Position numbers and translations under genes: made by a program. Positions 8,550-18,922 of a stretch of DNA of 64,000 nt are shown here, piece by piece. The stretch lies in contig WTGP01000008.1 of NCBI GenBank assembly GCA_011523505.1, positions 140,345 to 204,344 of the forward strand, in the 5' to 3' direction. Source of the stretch: Gammaproteobacteria bacterium. GTDB lineage: Bacteria > Pseudomonadota > Gammaproteobacteria > Steroidobacterales > Foliamicaceae. Position 1 is the first letter of the stretch. Every line of letters starts with the position of its first letter. The notes under the pieces are model-generated. The model ran no database searches. It saw nothing but the letters and a program-made list of their open reading frames with translations, and had not been told where the DNA came from.

Positions 8550-9818
8550 TCAACCGCCGCGCCGCTTCGCCTGAACGGCGTCAAGAATCGCGATGTTGGC
8601 CTCTGCGCTGCCCTGCTTCTGCGCCTCGGCGATTACGGCGCTGATGGCCGCGCCGCGGAACATGCGCGGTATCTTCTTGAGCCGTGCCGCCGCGCCGGGC
8701 GTAAAGACCATGCCGTGCCTGTTCTCGTTCAGCTTGTTCAGGAACCCGGGATCGACCTCCACGGCATGTTCGTCTTCCGGCTGCGCCGCCCCATTGCCCG
8801 ATTCGGCAGCTGCGCCGTTCCCTTGCGCAGGCTCCTCGCCGTCCACGTGGTAGGTCAGTTCGGGCTTGTTGACGAACAGGTCCTCCACGCGGATGAAGTC
8901 GGCATTACGGTCGTACTCCAGGCGCGGTTCCTCGTCGGGGTTCAGCGAAGGGCGGCGGTCGTCGATGATCGGAATCCGGTGCATCAGCCGGAAGGCCGGC
9001 GAGAAGTCGTTGATCCCGCGGTGCTGCGTGCAGCGGTTGTCCCAGATCGCCACCGAGTTGTCGCGCCAGAAGAACCGGCACTCGTGCTCCGGCTGGTAGC
9101 TGTGCTCGAGCAGCATCGCCAGCAGCGCATCGCTTTCGTCCTGGTTCAGCTCCAGGATGCGCGACGTGGTCATCTGGCAGACGTAGAGGCACTTGCGGCC
9201 CGTTTCGGGGTGCCTGCGGACCACCGGGTGCACGACCGGTGGGTTGCGCTTCATCATGTCTTCGTAGGCCCTGGCGCCCCCGCCCTCGAGAATGCCCGGG
9301 CCGAAGTTCTTCGACAGCGTCTGTTCCGCGGTCAGGCCCTCCAGGAACTTCCGCATGGGTTTGGACAGGCTCGCGTACGCCTTCTCCATGTCGCACCAGA
9401 TGGTGTTTCCTCCGCCGGTCGGCATGGTCAGACCGCGAAGGATGGACATGCGCGACGGATAGTCGCGGAAGATATCGTCCGTGTGGTAATTCACGTCGCC
9501 GCCGATGGTCTGATACTCGTCCATGCGCTGCAGGCGGATCATCGGATAGCCCTCGACCTGCGGTATCGAACCCGGGCCCTGGGGCATCCCGAACTTGCGG
9601 GCCAGCCTCAGGTGCTGTTCGTCCGTCATCTCCTGGTCGCGGAAGAAGATGACCTTGAATTCGAGCAGCGCCGCGTAGATTTCGTCGATGACGTCCTGGG
9701 CGAGGTCGTCGGCCAGGTTGGCGCCGCTTATCGTCGCGCCCAGCGCACCCGACAGCGGCTCCGCTTCAAGGTGCCTGAATTCCGGCAGATCGCGCTGCGA
9801 AGTAAACAGGTATGACAC
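8550..9818 (-). CDS. TauD/TfdA-family Fe(II)/2-oxoglutarate dioxygenase with C-terminal PCP_red-like domain
   Basis: PLSGALGATISG, VIFFRDQ, YHTD (HxD), GGNTIW, VHPVVRRHPETGRK, IWDNRCTQHR; probable GTG start at 9818; about 130 aa extra C-terminus. Confidence 0.9.
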   Translation of the reverse strand: MSYLFTSQRDLPEFRHLEAEPLSGALGATISGANLADDLAQDVIDEIYAALLEFKVIFFRDQEMTDEQHLRLARKFGMPQGPGSIPQVEGYPMIRLQRMDEYQTIGGDVNYHTDDIFRDYPSRMSILRGLTMPTGGGNTIWCDMEKAYASLSKPMRKFLEGLTAEQTLSKNFGPGILEGGGARAYEDMMKRNPPVVHPVVRRHPETGRKCLYVCQMTTSRILELNQDESDALLAMLLEHSYQPEHECRFFWRDNSVAIWDNRCTQHRGINDFSPAFRLMHRIPIIDDRRPSLNPDEEPRLEYDRNADFIRVEDLFVNKPELTYHVDGEEPAQGNGAAAESGNGAAQPEDEHAVEVDPGFLNKLNENRHGMVFTPGAAARLKKIPRMFRGAAISAVIAEAQKQGSAEANIAILDAVQAKRRGG

Positions 9819-9888
9819 AGGATTTTCCCCAATGCCCGCGCTGCCAGCATACCCTAACGCGGGAGCGCGGGCGTGTCCCGTGCCATCG

Positions 9889-9897
9889 TGATATGGT
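9889..9897 (+). promoter_or_regulatory. Putative extended -10 promoter (TGaTATGGT) of a leaderless thpR mRNA
   Basis: TG-n-TATGGT ends 6 nt before ATG 9904; no Shine-Dalgarno sequence in between. Confidence 0.4.
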
Positions 9898-9903
9898 CGC
9901 GCA

Positions 9904-10428
9904 ATGCCCCGGTCCGGCAAGAGGCGCCTGTTCTTCGGGCTATGGCCCGACGACGATCTTCGCACCCGCGTCGTCCGCGCCACCCGCGCCGAAGTGCGGG
10001 GCACGGGCGGCAAGCCCACGCCGCCCGAAAATCTGCACATGACGCTGCATTTCCTCGGCCCGACTCCGGAAGAACTCATTCATCCACTGATCGAGCGGGT
10101 ATCAGCGTTGCCGCTGGACCCGTTCGAGTTGGCGCTGGAGCAATACGGCTACTGGCAGCGTGCAAGAACCCTGTGGCTGGGTCCGAACGAAACCCCTCTC
10201 CCGCTGGCGGAACTGGCCAGCGACATCGGCCGGATCTCGCACGAACTGGGGCTACCCCGAAACCGGCGCGCGTTCATCCCGCACATGACCCTGGCGCGCA
10301 AGGTCAACCGCCTCACTCCGAGGGAACCGCCTCGTCCGTTGCACTGGCCGGTAAACGAATTCGTGCTGGTGGAATCGGTGCTCGGCGGGCGCCATTCCCG
10401 CTACACCATCCTCGAACACTTCGGCTGA
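9904..10428 (+). CDS. thpR: RNA 2',3'-cyclic phosphodiesterase (2'-5' RNA ligase family)
   Basis: RLFFGLWP, two HxT motifs (NLHMTLHFLG, FIPHMTLAR), FVLVES. Confidence 0.9.
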   Translation: MPRSGKRRLFFGLWPDDDLRTRVVRATRAEVRGTGGKPTPPENLHMTLHFLGPTPEELIHPLIERVSALPLDPFELALEQYGYWQRARTLWLGPNETPLPLAELASDIGRISHELGLPRNRRAFIPHMTLARKVNRLTPREPPRPLHWPVNEFVLVESVLGGRHSRYTILEHFG

Positions 10429-10434
10429 CCCGCG

Positions 10435-11352
10435 CTAGTCTTCGAAGGGGCTCAGGTCGACGGCCAGCAGCTCCGGATTGTCCCGTTCGATCCGGGCGAA
10501 ATACTCGGCCGGCAACTGGTGCACGCCGTCGAGCTTCTTGCCGCTCCAGATGGCGAACATGTGGCCGGGGATATCGCCCATTTGCAGCCACCGGGGATAG
10601 GGAAAGACATAGCCGCCGGCCGTTCCCATGGGCAGCCTCGTGATGGAGGGGTCCTCGAACAGGGCCCTTGACGTCCAGTTGTGCGACGTCTCGATGAAGG
10701 GCGTCACCCAGTTGTCCGGCGGAACCCGAATCTGCTCCGCCTTCACGATGTCGTCCTCGATTCGGAAGACCGTGCTGGTGGGCGTGTAGCCGTCGCCATC
10801 CCGGTCCAGCGGATGCTTGCCTTCGGGCGAGTACAGCATTCCCGGATCTTCCGTGAGAATGGTCGGCTCCACCCTGACCGTTTCGCCCGTCACCGGATTG
10901 TGGACACGGTCGATGAACTCGCCCGTCACCGGATGGCGCGGATACGAGGTGTTGTGCCCGTGCACGCGATATACGTGCGTGTCGATCCGCTTGTGATGAG
11001 AAAACTCGATTCCCTCATAGCGCACCACGGGCTCCACGCGCCGGCCCTCGGCGACGATGAACATCGTGAAGTGATACCAGAGAAGCACGTCCGCTTCGTC
11101 CGCCAGGTCGCGATAGATGCGAAACTCGGCGGTCATCTTGTCGAGCGGGTCGTCAAAGGCGAAGAATACCGAGCGCACCCGCCCTTCCGAAGGCGGCATG
11201 TAGGTAGTTTCCGGTGGCGCTGCTGCCTGTGCCGGGCGAAAAGGTGCAAGGGCAGCGGCAGCCGCGGCGGCGGCCGGAACGATCAGGGCGTCACGGCGCG
11301 AAACAGGCAGCGCTTCGCCGCCGCCAAAAGCCCGCTTCATGATTTCGAGCAC
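10435..11352 (-). CDS. DUF1838-like protein with probable Tat signal peptide
   Basis: SRRDAL followed by an Ala-rich h-region and AQA; the LWYHFTM...YEGIE and PRWLQMGDIPGHM...SGKK segments recall DUF1838 (recognised from memory). Confidence 0.6.
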   Translation of the reverse strand: MLEIMKRAFGGGEALPVSRRDALIVPAAAAAAAALAPFRPAQAAAPPETTYMPPSEGRVRSVFFAFDDPLDKMTAEFRIYRDLADEADVLLWYHFTMFIVAEGRRVEPVVRYEGIEFSHHKRIDTHVYRVHGHNTSYPRHPVTGEFIDRVHNPVTGETVRVEPTILTEDPGMLYSPEGKHPLDRDGDGYTPTSTVFRIEDDIVKAEQIRVPPDNWVTPFIETSHNWTSRALFEDPSITRLPMGTAGGYVFPYPRWLQMGDIPGHMFAIWSGKKLDGVHQLPAEYFARIERDNPELLAVDLSPFED

Positions 11353-11666
11353 GCTAGAGGATGAGCAGCAGCAACAAAACTAATGCAACCGCAGTGAGAA
11401 TAATTGCCATCCAGCGCTTATTGCGTTTACGTATCCGCTGGCGCTGCTCGAAGTCCGTCTGCGGAATACCCAATCGTGGGCGCCAAAGGAAGGATTTATC
11501 CTTGCTCTTCGCCATACCGCGATCCCACAAATGGCAGATCAGTCATGCTTATGCTGGACGCATAACAACGCCTTCGGGTGATTCTAATCGAGACTATGGT
11601 GCCAAGTCGATTCAGATAGTTTCAACTAGTCTCACGCACCGCGCCGGGCACCCTGATGTGGTTAAG

Positions 11667-11740
11667 CGCCCCGACCAGGATTCGAACCTGGGACCTTCCG
11701 CTTAGGAGGCGGACGCTCTATCCAGCTGAGCTACCAGGGC
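11667..11740 (-). tRNA. tRNA-Arg (anticodon CCT); CCA not encoded
   Basis: Reverse complement GCCCTGG TAGCTCAGCTGGATAGAGCG TCCGC CTCCTAA GCGGA AGGTC CCAGG TTCGAAT CCTGG TCGGGGC G folds into a full cloverleaf. Confidence 0.97.
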
Positions 11741-11752
11741 GCGGCGGCGTCC

Positions 11753-11781
11753 AGCATAAGCCAGCGGGCCGCTACGCGCAA
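11753..11781 (-). promoter_or_regulatory. Putative sigma70 promoter of tRNA-Arg: TTGCGC-N17-TATGCT with GC-rich discriminator
   Basis: -35 at 11781..11776, 17-nt spacer, -10 at 11758..11753, then GGACGCC; tRNA G1 at 11740. Confidence 0.55.
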
Positions 11782-11802
11782 AATTGCGTAGCGGCCCGCT
11801 GG
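11761..11802. repeat. Perfect 17-bp inverted repeat (8-nt loop) after the TonB receptor; possible terminator or processing hairpin
   Basis: ccagcgggccgctacgc-gcaaaatt-gcgtagcggcccgctgg; no long U tract on either strand. Confidence 0.8.
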
Positions 11803-11826
11803 AGAAGTCTGCCCGATCAGTAAGGC

Positions 11827-14343
11827 CTAGAAGCGGTAGCTGGCGCGCACCCCGAATTCACGCGGGTCGGGGTAGTAGAGCGTCAGCGCATTCGGGAACA
11901 GCAGCGTGAAGAAGAAACGTCCCGGAGGCGGCACCCGGGGAGGTGGAACAAATCCGGACACGATGCCGATGCCGCCAAAGTCGGGCGCCGAAACCCCGCT
12001 CCGCATGGTGTCGTCGTCGAACAGGTTCTCGACATACGCCATGACCGTCCACGAATCCCGCGACAGACCTACCCGAAAGTCCGCCAACATGTAGCTCTCG
12101 AACTCCACCATGTTCCACTCGTCCATCCAGCGGGAACCCTGGTACTGGACATCGAAATCAATCATCAGTTCCGCGCCGTTGGCCAGCCCCGAGCGCCAGG
12201 ACAGACCGGCGAACAATTGATGCTGCGGAACGTCCTCAATCTCGTTTCCGGTCAGGTCCACAAGACAGGTGGTGGTGCCGCCCAGCGTCGTCAACTCGCA
12301 GCCCCCGCCGCGCACCGCATCGTTGATGGAACTGCTCAACTTGTTGTATTCGCTGTACTCGGCCGAAAGCAGCGTATAGCCCCATTTCATTGTGAGGTTG
12401 TCGGTGAGCACCGCCGAAACGTCAACTTCCAACCCCTTGATCAGGGCCGCCGAAGCGTTTTCCGGGCGGGTCGCCAAGTTTCCGCTCGCCGTCTGATACT
12501 GGGTAGTCAGTTGCTTATCGGTGAAATCCTGGTAGAAGACCGCCCCGTTGAATCGCAGGCTATCGTCCATCCAGCTTGTCTTCCAACCAAACTCGAAGAC
12601 CGTCATTTCTTCCGCCTCGAAACGCAGCACGTCCGGATTAAACCCTTCAGGTCCCACCAATGTGCTGATGCCGGCGGGCTTTATGGCGCGCGAGACGGAG
12701 CCGTAGTAGGTCTGTTCGTCCGAGGGCCGGTAGCGCACGATCACCTTGGGCGCCAGGTAGCTGTCGTCTTCCTCGGCTGAAATTGAATGGGCTTCCGGCG
12801 GGAACTGTGTAAACGGACCGAAGGCGTTTCCGATCAGGGTGCCCCCGGACGGTCCACTCATGTCCAGGTCCTCGGTCACGTAGCGGGCCTCAAGGCCGAT
12901 GTCCCAGGCTTCCGTAAATTGCCAGTCCACCAGGCCGTACGCGGACGTGTGGGCAACGTCCCGGTTCCATGGAAGGACATGCCTGGGCACTTCGCTGCCG
13001 ATGCGGGCCACCCAGTAGCCGCAGTCGATCCGCAGGCGGAAATTCGGAACCCCCATCGAGAAGAACGGCGGCAGGAAGCCGTAGTTGATGCAGGTCGTGC
13101 CGTACTCGTCGTGCTGGTATTCCTCGCTCCAGTACAACCCTCCCACGACCCAGGAAACAGGCCCTTCGCCTGTGGACGTGAGCCGGAATTCCTGGCTGAA
13201 CAGATCGTTCTCGGTCACAAAGTTCACCTCGCCGGAGATGCTGATGCCGAATGGTCGAACCGGCGCGGAAATATCGCCTATCCGCTGAGAGTCGTGGAAT
13301 TGATGGGCATCAACGGAACCGACGTGGGAAATGGACGTCAGCATTGCGCCGGCAAAGTCGAACTCGGCGCGCAGCTGCCCGCGCAATACCTCGCGCGTCG
13401 TGCCCTGAAATTCCTCGCCGGTGCGGGGGTCGGGGCTGAGCGTTATGGGCGCGGCGTCAATGCCGGGAACGGTCCCGAACGGCTGATCGACCGAGGTTGC
13501 GTCCGGGTGCCAGATTACTCCCAGGCCAGCGGCCGGCGTGGGGATTGGGACACGAATGTCGGAGGCCGCAGCCGCCCCGGGAGCGAATTCGTCGTCGGTG
13601 TATTCGAAACGCGCCGTGAATCGTGCGCGCTCCCCGACATCAAGCGCTGCCGTCAGCGTAAAGCCCACACCCTCCTGGCCGCCGACATCTCCACCGGTCA
13701 CGGTGTTCTTGTAATAGCCGTCCTCGTTCCAGGCCGCGAAGTTGAACCCGACGAAGAAGTTCTCGCTCAGGGGGCCGCTGGCTGATCCCATGATCTCCTT
13801 CTTGCCTTCGGCGGAAACGTCAACGGAAAGCTGCCCGCGGCGGTCCGCTCCGGGCCGTCGGGTCACGTAGTGGATCGCGCCGCCGAAAGCGCTGCGTCCG
13901 TAAAGCGCGGACTGCGGTCCGCGGACCACTTCGATGCGTTCGATATCGATAAGGCGTGGATTGATCGTGAGCGAACTGCCGGAAGTCCGTACTCCCTCGC
14001 TGGAAATATCCACGTCGTCCAGCAGCACGGCCACGTTCGGACGTCCCCGTGTGGGCGACAGGCCGCGCATCACGACGCGGGTGTCCTGCGGTGAGAACCC
14101 CTTGTCGAAGATGATCCCGGCCGATTGGCGGGCGATGTCTTCGATACTGTCGATGCCCTGGACCATCAGGTCTTCCTGGCTGAAGGTGGTGATGCTGATC
14201 GGCACCTCCTGCAGCGATTCCTCGCGCTTTCGCGCCACCACCACGATTTCCTCAAGCTCCTGCGCATAGACAGGAATCGTGAGGCTTGCGGCGCAAACCG
14301 CCGGAATCATCAAGCGCCAGAGCGCCTTGCCGCGTGCTTCCAT
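11827..14343 (-). CDS. TonB-dependent receptor
   Basis: Signal peptide (VYAQ), TonB box ELEEIVVVARKREESLQEVP, plug motif IERIEVVRGPQSALYGRSAFGGAIHY, C-terminal PREFGVRASYRF; RBS GGAGG before ATG 14343. Confidence 0.95.
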   Translation of the reverse strand: MEARGKALWRLMIPAVCAASLTIPVYAQELEEIVVVARKREESLQEVPISITTFSQEDLMVQGIDSIEDIARQSAGIIFDKGFSPQDTRVVMRGLSPTRGRPNVAVLLDDVDISSEGVRTSGSSLTINPRLIDIERIEVVRGPQSALYGRSAFGGAIHYVTRRPGADRRGQLSVDVSAEGKKEIMGSASGPLSENFFVGFNFAAWNEDGYYKNTVTGGDVGGQEGVGFTLTAALDVGERARFTARFEYTDDEFAPGAAAASDIRVPIPTPAAGLGVIWHPDATSVDQPFGTVPGIDAAPITLSPDPRTGEEFQGTTREVLRGQLRAEFDFAGAMLTSISHVGSVDAHQFHDSQRIGDISAPVRPFGISISGEVNFVTENDLFSQEFRLTSTGEGPVSWVVGGLYWSEEYQHDEYGTTCINYGFLPPFFSMGVPNFRLRIDCGYWVARIGSEVPRHVLPWNRDVAHTSAYGLVDWQFTEAWDIGLEARYVTEDLDMSGPSGGTLIGNAFGPFTQFPPEAHSISAEEDDSYLAPKVIVRYRPSDEQTYYGSVSRAIKPAGISTLVGPEGFNPDVLRFEAEEMTVFEFGWKTSWMDDSLRFNGAVFYQDFTDKQLTTQYQTASGNLATRPENASAALIKGLEVDVSAVLTDNLTMKWGYTLLSAEYSEYNKLSSSINDAVRGGGCELTTLGGTTTCLVDLTGNEIEDVPQHQLFAGLSWRSGLANGAELMIDFDVQYQGSRWMDEWNMVEFESYMLADFRVGLSRDSWTVMAYVENLFDDDTMRSGVSAPDFGGIGIVSGFVPPPRVPPPGRFFFTLLFPNALTLYYPDPREFGVRASYRF

Positions 14344-14413
14344 TTGCTTTCCTCCCAAGCAACGTAGGATTTCGCAACGGATTTTGCCACAACTGCCCCA
14401 AGCGGCGCTTTCG

Positions 14414-14419
14414 TATAAT
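14414..14419 (+). promoter_or_regulatory. Consensus -10 hexamer (TATAAT) 10 nt upstream of the probable TTG start of the HMGR-MVK gene
   Basis: tcgTATAATtgccggcgctTTG; no SD sequence; no convincing -35. Confidence 0.4.
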
Positions 14420-14429
14420 TGCCGGCGCT

Positions 14430-16693
<2,264 letters not shown>

Positions 16694-16697
<4 letters not shown>

Positions 16698-17215
16698 ACG
16701 CGCCGGTCAACCTGGTGCTGGTGGACGCCGAGGACCGTGAAATCGGCGTCGCGGAGAAATTCCAATGCCACGAGGGCGATGGCCTTCTGCACCGCGCCTT
16801 TTCCGTTTTCGTCTACGGACCGGACGGTCGGGTCCTGCTCCAGCAGCGAAGCGCCGCCAAGCCGCTGTGGCCGATGTACTGGTCGAATGCCTGTTGCGGC
16901 CATCCCCTGCCGGGCGAGGACGTTCCGGCCGCTGCCGAGCGCCGCACGCACGAGGAACTGGGCATCTCCTGCAAGGCCCGGTTCCTGTACAAGTTCATCT
17001 ATCAGGCCCGCTACTCCGCCGGCTACTCGGAACACGAGTTATGCCACGTATTCCAAAGCGACTACGACGGCGAACTGGCGCCCGACCCCGCCGAAATCGC
17101 CGCCTGGCGCTGGATCGCGCCGGACGAACTGACGCAGGAGATCGAACGCCACCCCGAACGCTTCACCCCCTGGATGAAGCTCGAATGGGCTGAAATCCTC
17201 CGCTACTCGGAGTGA
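16694..17215 (+). CDS. idi: Isopentenyl-diphosphate delta-isomerase, type 1 (Nudix)
   Basis: LHRAFSVF, LLQQRSAAK, WSNACCGHP, ERRTHEELG, SEHELCHVF, FTPW; GTGA overlap with the upstream stop. Confidence 0.93.
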
Positions 17216-18588
17216 ATGCCGCCCCTGGTGAGCGTGACCGGGTTCAGGATGGCCTTGAGCTGATTTTCGGACAGGTCGGTTTCCTCGACCGCCACTTCCA
17301 GGATCGGCCGCCCTTCCGCATAGGCCCGCTTGGCGATCGCCGCGGCCTTGTCGTAGCCGATTACCGGGTTCAGCGCCGTCACCAGGACCGGGTTGCGTTC
17401 CAGCAGTTCCGCCAGGCGTTCCCGGTTGACCGTCAGGCCGGCGATCGCCCTGTCGGCCAGCATCCGGCAGGCCGCCGAAAGAATCTGGATGCTCTCGAGC
17501 GCGTTGCGCGCGATCATCGGCAGCATGACGTTCAACTGGAAGTTGCCCGACTGGGCGCCCACCGTTATCGCCGCGTCGTTGCCGATCACCTGGGCCGCCA
17601 CCTGCATGGCGGCTTCGCTGGCGACGGGATTGACCTTGCCCGGCATGATGCTGGATCCCGGCTGCAAAGCCGGAAGCGTGATCTCGCCCAATCCGCCCAG
17701 CGGCCCCGAGTTCATCAGGCGCAGGTCGTTGGCGATCTTCATCAGCGCCACCGCCGTTACCTTGAGCTGGCCGGACAGCTCAACCATCGTGTCCTGCCCG
17801 GCCAGCGCCGCAAACCGGTTGCCGGCCGGCGTCAGATCGAGGCCGGTCTTTTCGCTGATCCAGCGGCAGGCCAGTCCCGACATCACCGGGTGGGCATTGA
17901 TTCCCGTCCCGACTGCCGTTCCGCCCAGCGCCAGCTTGTTCAGCCTTAAATTGAGCACCTGCTCAAGCCGGGTCCGGCAGTCGCGCAATTGCGCCGCCCA
18001 GCCGCCGAATTCCTGACTGAGCGCCAGGGGCATCGCATCCATCAGGTGCGTGCGGCCGGTCTTGACGACACCCTCGAATTCCGCGGCGCGCTTTTCGATC
18101 GACCCCGCAAGGTGATCCAGCGCCGGCAGCAGTCGCTCGTATACCTCCAGGGCCGCGGAAAGATGCAGCGCCGACGGAATGACATCGTTGCTGCTCTGCC
18201 CCATGTTGACGTGATCGTTGGGATGCACCCTGACCTCTTTGGAACTGGCGGCGTTGGCGATCACCTCGTTCACGTTCATGTTGCTGCTGGTGCCCGATCC
18301 AGTCTGAAAGACGTCCACGGGGAAGTGCTCGTCGTGGATGCTGTGGGCAACGTGTTCGGCTACCCTCATGATGGCGTTGGCTCGAGCCGAATCCAGCAGG
18401 CCCAGCGTGCGATTGGCCGAAGCGCACGCCCCCTTGATCAGGCCCAGGGCGCGAATGAACGCGCGCGGCATCCTCTTGCCGCTGATCTGGAAGTTCTCCA
18501 CGGCACGCTGGGTGCTGGCGCCCCAAAGCGCGTCGGACGGGACCTTGAGCGTTCCCATGCTGTCGCGTTCGGTTCTGAATTTTGGCAC
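17203..18588 (-). CDS. fumC: Fumarate hydratase class II
   Basis: RTERDSMG, FQTGSGTSSNMNVNEV, HPNDHVNMGQSSND, KTGRTHLMDA, GSSIMPGKVNP. Confidence 0.95.
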   Translation of the reverse strand: MPKFRTERDSMGTLKVPSDALWGASTQRAVENFQISGKRMPRAFIRALGLIKGACASANRTLGLLDSARANAIMRVAEHVAHSIHDEHFPVDVFQTGSGTSSNMNVNEVIANAASSKEVRVHPNDHVNMGQSSNDVIPSALHLSAALEVYERLLPALDHLAGSIEKRAAEFEGVVKTGRTHLMDAMPLALSQEFGGWAAQLRDCRTRLEQVLNLRLNKLALGGTAVGTGINAHPVMSGLACRWISEKTGLDLTPAGNRFAALAGQDTMVELSGQLKVTAVALMKIANDLRLMNSGPLGGLGEITLPALQPGSSIMPGKVNPVASEAAMQVAAQVIGNDAAITVGAQSGNFQLNVMLPMIARNALESIQILSAACRMLADRAIAGLTVNRERLAELLERNPVLVTALNPVIGYDKAAAIAKRAYAEGRPILEVAVEETDLSENQLKAILNPVTLTRGGIHSE

Positions 18589-18654
18589 GAACTACCCCTG
18601 TTGCAGTATGATGCGCGCCTCGGAGTATAGCCGCCCATCCCCATGTCCCGGTAT

Positions 18655-18922
18655 TAGTGTGCTGACTCATGAATGCGTTGCCTTTCAGAGCGGGCCTGAA
18701 GCGTCAATGCAAGGCGCCGTCCGCGGGGAATACTGCACGTATTGCCCAGGACGGCAACGCCGCAGTGGCGCTTCAGGCCCGCTCCCGAAGGGCGCGTCCC
18801 CCATGGCCCGTGGCCGCGTTGCGCCCCTTGGCAATGGGAGACACCATTCCCGGCGGGACGCGCCTTGCCACACGCCATGGGGGACACGCTGAAAGGCAAC
18901 GCATTCATGAGTCAGCACACTA
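18655..18922. mobile_element. MITE-like element: 34-bp perfect terminal inverted repeats beginning/ending in TA, with two internal hairpins
   Basis: tagtgtgctgactcatgaatgcgttgcctttcag (18655-18688) is the reverse complement of 18889-18922; internal IRs gagcgggcctgaagcg/cgcttcaggcccgctc (18688-18703/18769-18784) and gcgcgtcccccatggc/gccatgggggacacgc (one mismatch); no transposase. Confidence 0.75.

Noticed and set aside
11361-11705. 114-aa ORF and lower-GC stretch downstream of tRNA-Arg as a possible island or att site
   Set aside because: The ORF overlaps the tRNA and has no motifs; I noticed no integrase and no duplicated tRNA 3' end elsewhere in the window (checked by eye only).
18583-18605. 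TGGCACG...TTGCA resembling a sigma54 promoter
   Set aside because: The spacer is 11 nt instead of the required 4 between TGGCACG and TTGC, and the motif overlaps the fumC start codon.
17963-18670. 235-aa ORF starting MSQHT from the left TIR of the element
   Set aside because: It overlaps fumC out of frame with low-complexity Arg/Gly composition; treated as a by-product of the repeat.
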